Below are positions 1 to 8,278 of a DNA stretch of 64,000 nucleotides, piece by piece. A program made the translations under genes and the position numbers. The notes under the pieces are model-generated. The model did no database searches and had not been told where the DNA came from. It was given only the letters and a program-made list of their open reading frames with translations. Position 1 is the stretch's first letter; the number at the start of each line of letters is the position of its first letter. Source of the DNA: Myxococcota bacterium (GTDB taxonomy: Bacteria; Myxococcota_A; UBA9160; SZUA-336); assembly GCA_965247115.1 (NCBI GenBank), contig CBDFGR010000003.1:96001-160000 (forward strand). Direction: 5' to 3'.

Positions 1-543
1 CGCGCGCAGGCGTTCCAGCTCCTCCGTCTGAGTGCGCAGCTGGTCCTTTGCGAGCTCGTGCTCGCCCCGTAGCACCATGTAGACCTTGTCGAGGTTCTCG
101 GCGCGCTTGCGCCAGCGTCCCAGCTCGTGTCGCGCAACCTCGATCTCGTCCTCCGCTTTCGAGAGGCCAGCCTCGGCGCGACCGAGTTTCGCCGTGGCCT
201 CTCGCGCTCTGGCGTCGGCCTCTTCGCCTGGCCCTGGCCCCGGCACCGTCTCTCGCTCGCGCTCCAGCCTGGCGTGGACACGCGCGAGCTCGCTATGCGA
301 TTGCTGCAGCTCTTCACTCGCTCGAGCCAGGTCTTCGGTTCGGAGCTCAAGCGAGCGCTCCAGCTCTTCGATCCGCCCGGGCTCGGCCCGCTCCCGCTCG
401 CGCGCGGCACCGCGACTACGCTTCGTTTTCTCGAGCCGCTTGCGCAGATCGGCGAGCTCCTCACCCCGGCGGCGGTGCTCGTCACGCTGCTGCTCGCGCT
501 TGTGTTCGAGAGCCTTCAGCTCCTCAGCGAGACCCGCGAGATC
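1..543 (-). pseudogene. Coiled-coil protein fragment with no clear 5' end, runs off the window edge
   Basis: Minus frame is open from about 543 to base 1 and reads DLAGLAEELKALEHKREQQRDEHRRRGEELADLRKRLEK...RAENLDKVYMVLRGEHELAKDQLRTQTEELERLRA. It is E/R/L-rich, has no convincing RBS or start, and abuts the LLM gene out of frame. Confidence 0.5.
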
Positions 544-1073
544 GTCTGGTTGTACTTTCCGTCGAAAGCGAAGGGCTCGTCCTCGGCCCACGCTTTCATG
601 ATCAGCCGGTGCGCCTCGTCGTACTTGTCGCGCGTCAGGGCCGGAATCTGCCCGTAGCAGTAGTTCGTGTCCATCGGAGTGCCGACGGGGAAGCCGGCCA
701 CGAGACGACCACCGGAGATCACGTCCAGCATGGCGAACTCCTCGGCCACACGGATCGGCGGGTTGTACAGCGCGATCGAGTTGCCGATCACACAGAGCGC
801 CGCCCTGGAGGTCCGCCGCGCGAGCCCGGCCGCGATCAGGTTCGGAGACGGCATCAACCCGTAGCCGTTCTGATGGTGCTCGTTCACACCGATGCCGTCG
901 AAGCCGAGCGCATCGGCATACTCGAGCTGATCCATGTACTCGTGGTAGACGCGGTTGCCCTCATTCGGATCATAGAGCTTGCTGGGAATGTCGACCCAGA
1001 CCGAACGCGTCGTCTCCCGGAAGTCGTCGGGGAGATTCGGCCAGGGCATCAAGTTGAACCAGGTGAACCTCAC
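516..1073 (-). pseudogene. LLM-class (luciferase-like) flavin-dependent oxidoreductase, C-terminally truncated
   Basis: GTG at 1073 with GGAGG RBS. Motifs ADALGFDGIGVNEHH, PIRVAEEFAMLDVISGGRL and FDGKY. Stops at about 185 aa, just before the expected PxPxQxPHPP segment. Confidence 0.7.
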
Positions 1074-1182
1074 GGGTGCCTCCCTTGCTGGACCGATTAT
1101 GGAGCTCCCATCGACCCCCGTCGAGCGGCCCCAGCCGAGCTGTTCGCGTCGTGCTTGGTATGATCGACTCTTGGAGGACTCC

Positions 1183-2232
1183 ATGCAGATCGGCATTGGA
1201 TTCGGAGGCGCAGCGTCGGGCAGGACGCGCGACTGGGAACGGACGGTTGACTTCGTGTGTGAAGCGGAACGCCTCGGCGTTGACGTGGCCTGGTCGGCCG
1301 AAGCGTGGGGCTACGATGCAGTCACTCCGATCGCCTTTCTCGCTGCACGAACGACGCGACTTCGCCTCGGCACGGGGATCGTGCAGATCAGCGCCAGGGT
1401 TCCGGTGATGACCGCGATGACGGCGCTCACACTCGCAACCATGTCTTCGGATCGCTTCATCCTCGGCCTCGGAGTCAGCGGCCCCCAGGTCGTGGAGGGG
1501 CTTCACGGCGTCCCGTTCGCACGCCCGCTCGGCCGCATGCGCGAGACGATCGAGATCGTCCGCCTCGCCTTCCAGGGTGAGAAGATCAGCTATGCCGGGC
1601 GACATCACGAGCTGCCCCGCCCCGGGGGAGAGGGCAAGGCGCTTCGCCTCAGTCAGCCAGCGAACCCCAACATTCCAATTTACCTCGCAACGCTCAGCCC
1701 TAACGCCCTCGAGCTCACGGGCGAGCTCGCAGATGGATGGCTGGGGACCTCATTCACGCCGGAGCACGGGGAGAGCTTCTTTACCCATATCAGCGCCGGA
1801 GCAGCGAAGGCGGGACGCACGATCTCGGACCTCGACATCCAGGTCGGCGGGAATGTGGCCTTTGGGGACGATCTCGAACGGCTGATCGCGCCCCACAAGC
1901 CAGGACTCGCCTTCACGCTCGGCGCCATGGGCTCGCGCGATCACAACTTCTACAACGATGCCTATAAACGCGGCGGCTTCGAGGACGCGGCCATCGAGGT
2001 GCAGCAGCTGTGGCTGGACGGCAAGCGCGAAGAGGCGGCAAAGCGCGTTCCCGATGAGATGGTGATCCAGACCTGCCTGCTCGGGACCGACGACATGGTG
2101 CGCGAGCGGATCCGCGCCTATCGCAACACGGGCGTGACGACCCTGCGCCTCAGTCCCGCCGGGAGCGATATCGCCGAGCAACTCGACACCCTCGGCCGCG
2201 CCATCGACCTGGTCCGTGAGGTGTGTGCCTAG
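1183..2232 (+). CDS. LLM-class oxidoreductase, probably F420-dependent
   Basis: GGAGG RBS and ATG at 1183. WSAEAWGYDA, LGTGIVQISARVP, FILGLGVSGPQVVEG, ELTGELADGW. Confidence 0.85.
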   Translation: MQIGIGFGGAASGRTRDWERTVDFVCEAERLGVDVAWSAEAWGYDAVTPIAFLAARTTRLRLGTGIVQISARVPVMTAMTALTLATMSSDRFILGLGVSGPQVVEGLHGVPFARPLGRMRETIEIVRLAFQGEKISYAGRHHELPRPGGEGKALRLSQPANPNIPIYLATLSPNALELTGELADGWLGTSFTPEHGESFFTHISAGAAKAGRTISDLDIQVGGNVAFGDDLERLIAPHKPGLAFTLGAMGSRDHNFYNDAYKRGGFEDAAIEVQQLWLDGKREEAAKRVPDEMVIQTCLLGTDDMVRERIRAYRNTGVTTLRLSPAGSDIAEQLDTLGRAIDLVREVCA

Positions 2233-2263
2233 GAGAGCGACTCACACGTCGCTGTGCGAGCGC

Positions 2264-2764
2264 TTACTCGCTGTCAGCCTCGACGGCGAAGGTCATGGTT
2301 CGGTCGAAGTTTACATCGGAGCTCGCGAACTCGAGCTCGAACGCGTAAATCCCGACCTCCGCCCCCTCAGGCAGGCGCACGAAGGAGTCGATCACCCAGC
2401 GACCGGGCTTGAGGTCGTAGGCGGCGTCCTTCTCGTGAACGACCGCGCTCCCTCGGTGCATGATGCGGGTCTCCATATTCCCCGTGACCACACCCGTGGA
2501 TGCAGCGGTGCAGAGCGCATAGATCAGGCGCTGCTTGAACAGCTCCCCAGGCTTCAGCCTGCGCGGCGAGAGGTCCAGGAGCTCGATCTTGAAGAACGGC
2601 AGCGGCTGCTTCTCGCATTCGTACTGCTTCCACACCTTGTCCGGGAACGCCTTCAGGTGTTCACCGGGCTCACGAAATGGTCGGTCGAGAACCGAGACCA
2701 CGCTGGTACAAGCCGCTCCGAGCGCAATCGCGAGCAGCGCCGCTAGCGCCTTTCGATGCTCCAT
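2264..2764 (-). CDS. Hypothetical lipoprotein
   Basis: Signal peptide with lipobox (ALAALLAIALGAAC). GGAGG RBS. Overlaps the end of the kinase gene. Confidence 0.65.
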   Translation of the reverse strand: MEHRKALAALLAIALGAACTSVVSVLDRPFREPGEHLKAFPDKVWKQYECEKQPLPFFKIELLDLSPRRLKPGELFKQRLIYALCTAASTGVVTGNMETRIMHRGSAVVHEKDAAYDLKPGRWVIDSFVRLPEGAEVGIYAFELEFASSDVNFDRTMTFAVEADSE

Positions 2765-4380
2765 CCGTCCTCCTCGAGGTCGTCCGCTGCCGGCTCCTCC
2801 GCGGCCGTCGGCTCCTGCGGGACCGGAGACTCCGAACTAGGCGTATCGTCCGCCGCTGGCGCATTCATGATCCATTCGTCGGGGCTGAGCTCGGTGCCAG
2901 CCGTGGCCGGCTCATCGGTGACGGTGTCAGTGGTGTTCATCCGCGCACTCTTCGGCGTTCTGGCGCGCTTCGGGGCCTCGGTGGCGGGCGGTGCCGCTGG
3001 CTTTGGCTTCACGCGAGGCGTGGCCACGACGCGCGCGGGCGGCGGCGGCGCAGGAGGCTCTGGCTCCAAGACCGGTTCGCTTGGCAGCGGAGTCACCGCC
3101 TCCGAAGCTTTGGGTACGACAATCGGGATCTCTACCGCAAGATCTTGCCGTGGCGACGCCGAGGTCGGCTCCACGACAGAGGGCAACGCCTCCGCGCGCG
3201 GTGCGATGGGCTCCGCCCGCGCCGGCGGAAGCTGCGAGGCCTCTGCCTCCAGAGGCTCGGGTTCCGGTCGCGTCGACACGAGCGCCAGTGTGAACCCGAT
3301 CAGGAGCAGCAAGCCTCCGAGACCCAGCGACGCTTGCCAGAGCAGTCGCGGAGAGAGCCAGGTGAGGCCACGCAGCGCCGCAGGCAGTCTGGTCCTGGGC
3401 CAGGACAGCTCGCCGAAGTCGAGCTCGTCGGTGACGAGAGAGTCCTGCTTCACGTAGACCGCGGGCTGGCCGGGGGGTGTCGCATCGATCAGCGTCGGCT
3501 CCATGCCCTCCACCTCGACTCCTGCTGCACCGCGCCCGATGTCCAGGTCGCCGGTGAGGTGGAGGGAGGTGGGCAACGTGTCCTCGAGCACGGATCGGAA
3601 CTCCTGGGTCGATTCGAAGCGCCCCTCCGGATCCTTGGTAAGCGCACACAGGATCGCGCGCTCCAGCGCCTCGGGCGCGTCCTCGAGGACCGAGCGCAGT
3701 GGCGGCGGAGGATCTTCGATCTGCATTCGAATCAGCTCGTACTCGCGCGTGCTGTCGAAGGGCAAACAGCCGGCGAGCATTTCGAAGAGCATCACACCGA
3801 GCGAGTAGATGTCCGAACGGGCGTCCGTGTCGTCGCCCTGGATCTGCTCGGGAGACATGTAGTGCGGGGTTCCGGCGATCAGTCCGTCCCGTGTCAGTCG
3901 GCTCGAGCCCAGACAGCGCGAAATGCCGAAGTCCATCACCTTGACGACGCCAGCGCTGCTCAGCATCAGGTTCGACGACTTGATGTCACGATGAATCACC
4001 CCGCGCTCATGGGCGAAGCCGATCCCGTCGAGGGCCTGGAGGAACAGCGGCAGGGCCTGCTCCACGGTCATGGGTCCCGACTCGCGGAGCAGCTGCGTGA
4101 GGGACTGCCCCTCGACGAACTCCATCACCATGACCAGCACGGCTTCCTCGCGCAGCAAGGCGTAGAGCGTGGCAATGTTGGCGTGATTCAGACGAGCCAG
4201 CGTGCGCGCCTCGACGCGAAAGCGCTTGACGATCTCGGCCGACGACGCGAGCTCGGGACGCAGGACCTTGATGGCGACCTCGCGCTCGAGCATGAGGTCG
4301 GTGGCCCGGAAGACTTCACCGACACCGCCCTCGCCGACCTTCTCGGTGATCTCGTAGCTGCCTATCGTGAGACCGATCAT
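2743..4380 (-). CDS. Membrane-anchored Hanks-type Ser/Thr protein kinase
   Basis: GEGGVGEVF, VAIK, HRDIKSSN, DFG, GTPHYMSPEQ. One TM helix, then a Pro/Ala/Glu-rich tail. Confidence 0.92.
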   Translation of the reverse strand: MIGLTIGSYEITEKVGEGGVGEVFRATDLMLEREVAIKVLRPELASSAEIVKRFRVEARTLARLNHANIATLYALLREEAVLVMVMEFVEGQSLTQLLRESGPMTVEQALPLFLQALDGIGFAHERGVIHRDIKSSNLMLSSAGVVKVMDFGISRCLGSSRLTRDGLIAGTPHYMSPEQIQGDDTDARSDIYSLGVMLFEMLAGCLPFDSTREYELIRMQIEDPPPPLRSVLEDAPEALERAILCALTKDPEGRFESTQEFRSVLEDTLPTSLHLTGDLDIGRGAAGVEVEGMEPTLIDATPPGQPAVYVKQDSLVTDELDFGELSWPRTRLPAALRGLTWLSPRLLWQASLGLGGLLLLIGFTLALVSTRPEPEPLEAEASQLPPARAEPIAPRAEALPSVVEPTSASPRQDLAVEIPIVVPKASEAVTPLPSEPVLEPEPPAPPPPARVVATPRVKPKPAAPPATEAPKRARTPKSARMNTTDTVTDEPATAGTELSPDEWIMNAPAADDTPSSESPVPQEPTAAEEPAADDLEEDGWSIERR

Positions 4381-4481
4381 CGGATCACCCGGCTGTCTCT
4401 GGGCGTGGGGAGCCTGTACGGAGGCCGTATCGGAACAGCTCCACCGGCTCTTGAAGGCTCGATAGGGTGCAGATCTGCCGC

Positions 4482-5354
4482 CTACGAGCGCTCCCTCACG
4501 TCGGGAAGAGACACCGGAGCGGCTTCGGCTTCGATCGCGGCGTGGATCCTCAGCGCATCCCGCAGGGCGGCCACCGAGTGGGTTCGGATGTAGTCGACTC
4601 CGGCGCGCGCGGCGAAGAGCTCCGCAGCCAGCGTCGCCGCTTCCGCTCCCTGCGCGTCGCGGCCAGCCAGGGCCTGAAGAAAGGACTTGCGCGACACGGA
4701 GACCAGCAACGGCAGCCCGAAGCGCTCCCGCAGTCTGGGAAGAGCGCGCAGAACCCGCAACGAGGCTTCGGGATCGGTGCCGAGAAAGAGGCCCATGCCA
4801 GGGTCCAGGATGATCCGCTCGCGTCCGATGCCTGCGCGCCGTAGCACCTCGAGGCGCCTGGCGAAGAAGGCCTCCACCTGCTCCACGATTCGCTCGGCCT
4901 CAGCCCGCCGACGCCGCGCCATCCCCGCAGGGTCGAGGGAGTGCATCACGATCAAGCGGGCCGGCGTCTCTGGCAGGCCTGCAACCGCCTCCGGGTGCGG
5001 GAAGCCGCGAGTGTCATTCAGATACGCAACCCCGTGGGCGAGCGCCCAGGCCTGCGTCGCCGTCTGACGGGAGTCCACCGACACGCGTAGCCCCCGCGCG
5101 ACAAGCGCGGGCAGGACCGACGCCAGACGCTCGATCTCCGTATCGGCTGAGACGGGCTGTGCGTCCGGATGCGAGGACGCGGGCCCAAGCTCGATCACGT
5201 CGGCACCGCTCTCCGCGAGCGCAAGGGCATGCGCCAGCGCAAGAGCCGGAGCGAGATACCGACCACCGTCCGAGAAGGAGTCCTCCGTGATGTTGACGAT
5301 GCCGACAATGTGAGGGGTGCAGCGGTGATTCCTCGACGGGTCGCGGCTCGTCAT
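4482..5354 (-). CDS. folP: Dihydropteroate synthase, Sul-like (Sul2-type) subfamily
   Basis: GIVNITEDSFSDGGRYLAP, GPASSHPDA, VAYLNDTRGFP, ILDPGMGLFLG, SVSRKSFL, IRTH. Confidence 0.9.
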   Translation of the reverse strand: MTSRDPSRNHRCTPHIVGIVNITEDSFSDGGRYLAPALALAHALALAESGADVIELGPASSHPDAQPVSADTEIERLASVLPALVARGLRVSVDSRQTATQAWALAHGVAYLNDTRGFPHPEAVAGLPETPARLIVMHSLDPAGMARRRRAEAERIVEQVEAFFARRLEVLRRAGIGRERIILDPGMGLFLGTDPEASLRVLRALPRLRERFGLPLLVSVSRKSFLQALAGRDAQGAEAATLAAELFAARAGVDYIRTHSVAALRDALRIHAAIEAEAAPVSLPDVRERS

Positions 5355-5612
5355 CGGCTTCCGGGCTCCTCGCCTTCCACTATAGTCCCCTCACCCGCGC
5401 AACAGCCGATTTCGCTGCTGGCACGGGATCTTAGCTCGAGCGGGATGGGCCCTCGAGGCGGAGAGGTGACGTTGGGGTGGCTGGCGTGTACCTTAGGCGC
5501 CGAAAGTCGCAGCGCGGCCAATCCCTTTCGGGAACCGGGCCTCCACAGCAGACTGCGCCGAAACCTTCTCGGGCCCCGTTTCCTCCGCGGTACGCTCAAT
5601 CAGGAAGCAGCC

Positions 5613-5804
5613 ATGGCACGAAAGAGCAAGCAGTCGATCCTCAAGCGCCAGCGGGAGCTCAGAAAGGCCGAGAAGGCGGCTCTCAAGCGCGAACGTCGCG
5701 AGCAGCGAGTTTCGGAGGCGGGACCCGCCGGGGATCAGGTCGCCACCAAGGAGGACCTGGAGGGTTATGGCTTCGAGCCGGAGCCAGGGAGCACCGAGCA
5801 GTAA
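5613..5804 (+). CDS. Small basic/acidic hypothetical protein (63 aa)
   Basis: AGGAAG RBS and ATG at 5613. MARKSKQSILKRQRELRKAEKAALKRERRE... Confidence 0.6.
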   Translation: MARKSKQSILKRQRELRKAEKAALKRERREQRVSEAGPAGDQVATKEDLEGYGFEPEPGSTEQ

Positions 5805-5905
5805 GCCGTCGCAGGCTCTCTCGCCGGCCCGCAGCGCGGGGGATGCAGCTGAACCCTCGGGCCTGCGCCTCTCCGGCTCCCGGCGCTTCTAGCCCGCGCC
5901 GCGCC

Positions 5906-5921
5906 TGGCACTCCACTTGCT
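5906..5921 (+). promoter_or_regulatory. Sigma-54 (-24/-12) promoter
   Basis: TGGCAC-TCCAC-TTGCT matches TGGCAC-N5-TTGCW exactly and ends 23 nt before the ATG at 5945. Confidence 0.6.
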
Positions 5922-5944
5922 CAAGACCCCGCCATGCTGCTTCC

Positions 5945-6811
5945 ATGCCCCAGCACGAGGGCCGAGGGTCGACCGAAACGCTGCGGGCGGAGGAGTGGCT
6001 CGAGAAGACCGTCCCGGTCAAGGCGGGCGGGAGACTCTTCATCAACGCAGATCGCGGCTCCATCGACGTCCGCTCTCACGACTTGAGTGAGGTGCGGATC
6101 GAGGCCGAAGCTCGCGGGTGGCGCGCGGGGCTGGTGACCTTCTGGCTGGAAGGCGACGACAACGACGTCTACGTAGATGCCAGCATCGATCGATTTCTCC
6201 CTCGGCTGTTCGGTGCCGCGCACATCTCCATCCGTGCCCGGGTCCCCCGCAGCTACTCCCTCGATGCGGAGACGGGCGGGGGACGCGTGCAGATAGAGGG
6301 TATTCAGGGTCAGGTCGTCGCGCACTCACACGGGGGCCGGCTCCGAGTTTGTCGGATCCGGGGTCCTCTCGTCCTGCGCACGGCCGGAGGCGACGTCGGG
6401 ATCGAAGACGTCGAGGGAGACGTTCGCGCGCGAACTTCCGGGGGCCACCTCGAGATGACCGGGATCCGGGGCGACGTGGAGGCGCGTTCGTCCGGTGGCA
6501 GAGTCGATGTGCGGGCCATCGACGGGCAGCTCGACCTCCGCACGAGCGGGGGCTCCGTGTACGCCAGCTTCGTCGCGGAGGCCTGCGGGCGCCTCGAGAC
6601 AAGCGGCGGTGGGATCGACGTCGCATTCCCCGAAGACGCCCATGTGGACCTGGATGCGAAGACCGCTGGCGGGAGCGTGTTCCTCGAGCACGACCTCGAC
6701 GAAACTACGCGCCGCAGCAACACGGTGATCGGTCGCATTAACGGCGGCGGCCTGCCGCTGCGGATCCGTAGCTCCGGCGGCCCGATCTACATTCGCCAGT
6801 CGCTTCCGTAG
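5945..6811 (+). CDS. DUF4097-like beta-strand repeat protein
   Basis: Repeated (T/S)(S/A)GG-x-(V/I)-x units. Ends GRINGGGLPLRIRSSGGPIYIR. Confidence 0.75.
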   Translation: MPQHEGRGSTETLRAEEWLEKTVPVKAGGRLFINADRGSIDVRSHDLSEVRIEAEARGWRAGLVTFWLEGDDNDVYVDASIDRFLPRLFGAAHISIRARVPRSYSLDAETGGGRVQIEGIQGQVVAHSHGGRLRVCRIRGPLVLRTAGGDVGIEDVEGDVRARTSGGHLEMTGIRGDVEARSSGGRVDVRAIDGQLDLRTSGGSVYASFVAEACGRLETSGGGIDVAFPEDAHVDLDAKTAGGSVFLEHDLDETTRRSNTVIGRINGGGLPLRIRSSGGPIYIRQSLP

Positions 6812-7360
6812 CTACATCCGCTCGACGTAGCTCCGATCGCGGGTATCGATCCTGAGCTTCTCGCCGCGGTCGACGAAGCTCGGGACTTGCACGACGGCTC
6901 CCGTCTCGAGAGTTGCGGGCTTGAGGTTTCCGCCCTTCTCCGGCGGATCGGTGCTGGTCACCTCGAGTACCACGAAGTTCGGCAGCTCGACGCCGACGGG
7001 CTTCTCGCCGTGCAGGAGCACGTCGACCTGACAGCTCTCCGAGAGCAGATCCACGTTCTCGATCAAGTCTCGAGCGATCTCGATCTGGTCATAGCTCTCC
7101 TGGTCCATGAAGACCAAGCGCTCCCCTTCCGGGTACAGGTACTGCATCTTGCGCTGGCTCACGTCGGCGACCGGAAGCGACTCGCCGCCCTTGAGCGTGC
7201 GGTCGATCACTGCTCCCGAGAGCAGGCTCTTCAGCTTGAGTCGCACGAAGGCACCGCCCTTACCGGGCTTCACGTGCTGATACTGCGTGACGACGTGGGG
7301 CTCACCGTCGATCTCGACGCGTGTGCCCGGCCGGATACGCGAGCTGTCGATGTTCGCCAT
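6812..7360 (-). CDS. efp: Elongation factor P
   Basis: HVKPGKGGAFVR, MQYLY, FMDQESYDQ, KPATLETGAVVQVP. Confidence 0.92.
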   Translation of the reverse strand: MANIDSSRIRPGTRVEIDGEPHVVTQYQHVKPGKGGAFVRLKLKSLLSGAVIDRTLKGGESLPVADVSQRKMQYLYPEGERLVFMDQESYDQIEIARDLIENVDLLSESCQVDVLLHGEKPVGVELPNFVVLEVTSTDPPEKGGNLKPATLETGAVVQVPSFVDRGEKLRIDTRDRSYVERM

Positions 7361-7400
7361 CGGAGCCGCGAAACGTAGCCGCTCTCGGGAGCGCGCTCAA

Positions 7401-7488
7401 CGCGAGCGAAGTCGGCTCGATGCGAGCGAAGTCGGCTCGATGCGAGCGAAGCCGGCTCGATGCGAGCGAAGCCGGCTCGATGCGAGCG
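7401..7488. repeat. 20-bp tandem repeat (TGCGAGCGAAGYCGGCTCGA, 4 copies plus a partial)
   Basis: Units at 7401, 7421, 7441 and 7461 and a partial at 7481. No spacers. Confidence 0.95.
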
Positions 7489-7496
7489 GGACTGGC

Positions 7497-8252
7497 TCAG
7501 AGAGCCGCGATCCGGGCCAGCTCCCGCAACGAATCCAAGCCCACGCTCTCCGGCGTCCGGGTCGAAACGATGAGTCGGTCCACCCCGAGCTCCCGCAGAC
7601 GCGCGCGCTCGCGTAGCAGCGTGTTCTCGCCGGATACGCTGAGCTCGAAGCGCCCGTCAGCGGTCTCGTTCTCGCGCTGATAGCGGCGGAGCAGCTCGAT
7701 GCGCGCGGGGAGCGCCTCTAGTGCGAGAGCCGTAGCAACCCAGCCATCTCCCATGCGAGCAGCGCGCCAGATTGCAGCATCGGTCGCTCCCGCCACCAGC
7801 AACGGCGGCCACGGCTTCTGGAGTGGTTTCACCTCGAGCCTTGCGTCCGCAGTGTGGAAGCTCTCTCCGCTGTGCTGCACGATCTCCTCGGTCCACAGTC
7901 TCTTGCACAGGATGATCGCCTCACTCAGCCGGGCCGCAGGCGAGGTCCCTTCGGTCGCGCGCCCGTGCGAGCCAGGCTCTACCACGATCAGCTCGGCGCG
8001 CCCCTGCGATACGTCATCCAGGGCCTGAAGCCCGCGCGCGAGCGCCACCGGATCCCGGTGTGCAAGCTCCACGACCTGCAATCCGAGGCGCAGAGTCACC
8101 GTGGCGCCCGCCGCAGCCGAAAGATGGGCAAAGGCATCGCCTGTCGGAGCTTCCGAAAACCAGACGGACTCGAAGCCCAGGGCCTCCGCCTCACGAGCCG
8201 CTTGCATGTAGAGAGCGGGCTTCGCACCCACCAGGCAAACACCGAGCTTCAC
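7497..8252 (-). CDS. LLM-class flavin-dependent oxidoreductase
   Basis: GTG at 8252. AREAEALGFESVWFSE, LDDVSQGRAEL, KPLQKPWPPLLVAG, RAARMGDGW. Confidence 0.8.
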   Translation of the reverse strand: MKLGVCLVGAKPALYMQAAREAEALGFESVWFSEAPTGDAFAHLSAAAGATVTLRLGLQVVELAHRDPVALARGLQALDDVSQGRAELIVVEPGSHGRATEGTSPAARLSEAIILCKRLWTEEIVQHSGESFHTADARLEVKPLQKPWPPLLVAGATDAAIWRAARMGDGWVATALALEALPARIELLRRYQRENETADGRFELSVSGENTLLRERARLRELGVDRLIVSTRTPESVGLDSLRELARIAAL

Positions 8253-8278
8253 GCCGGCGAGGCTATCAGCTCGGCGCG

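Noticed and set aside
7401..7488. Possible CRISPR array
   Set aside because: Units are contiguous with no unique spacers, and there are no cas genes in the window.
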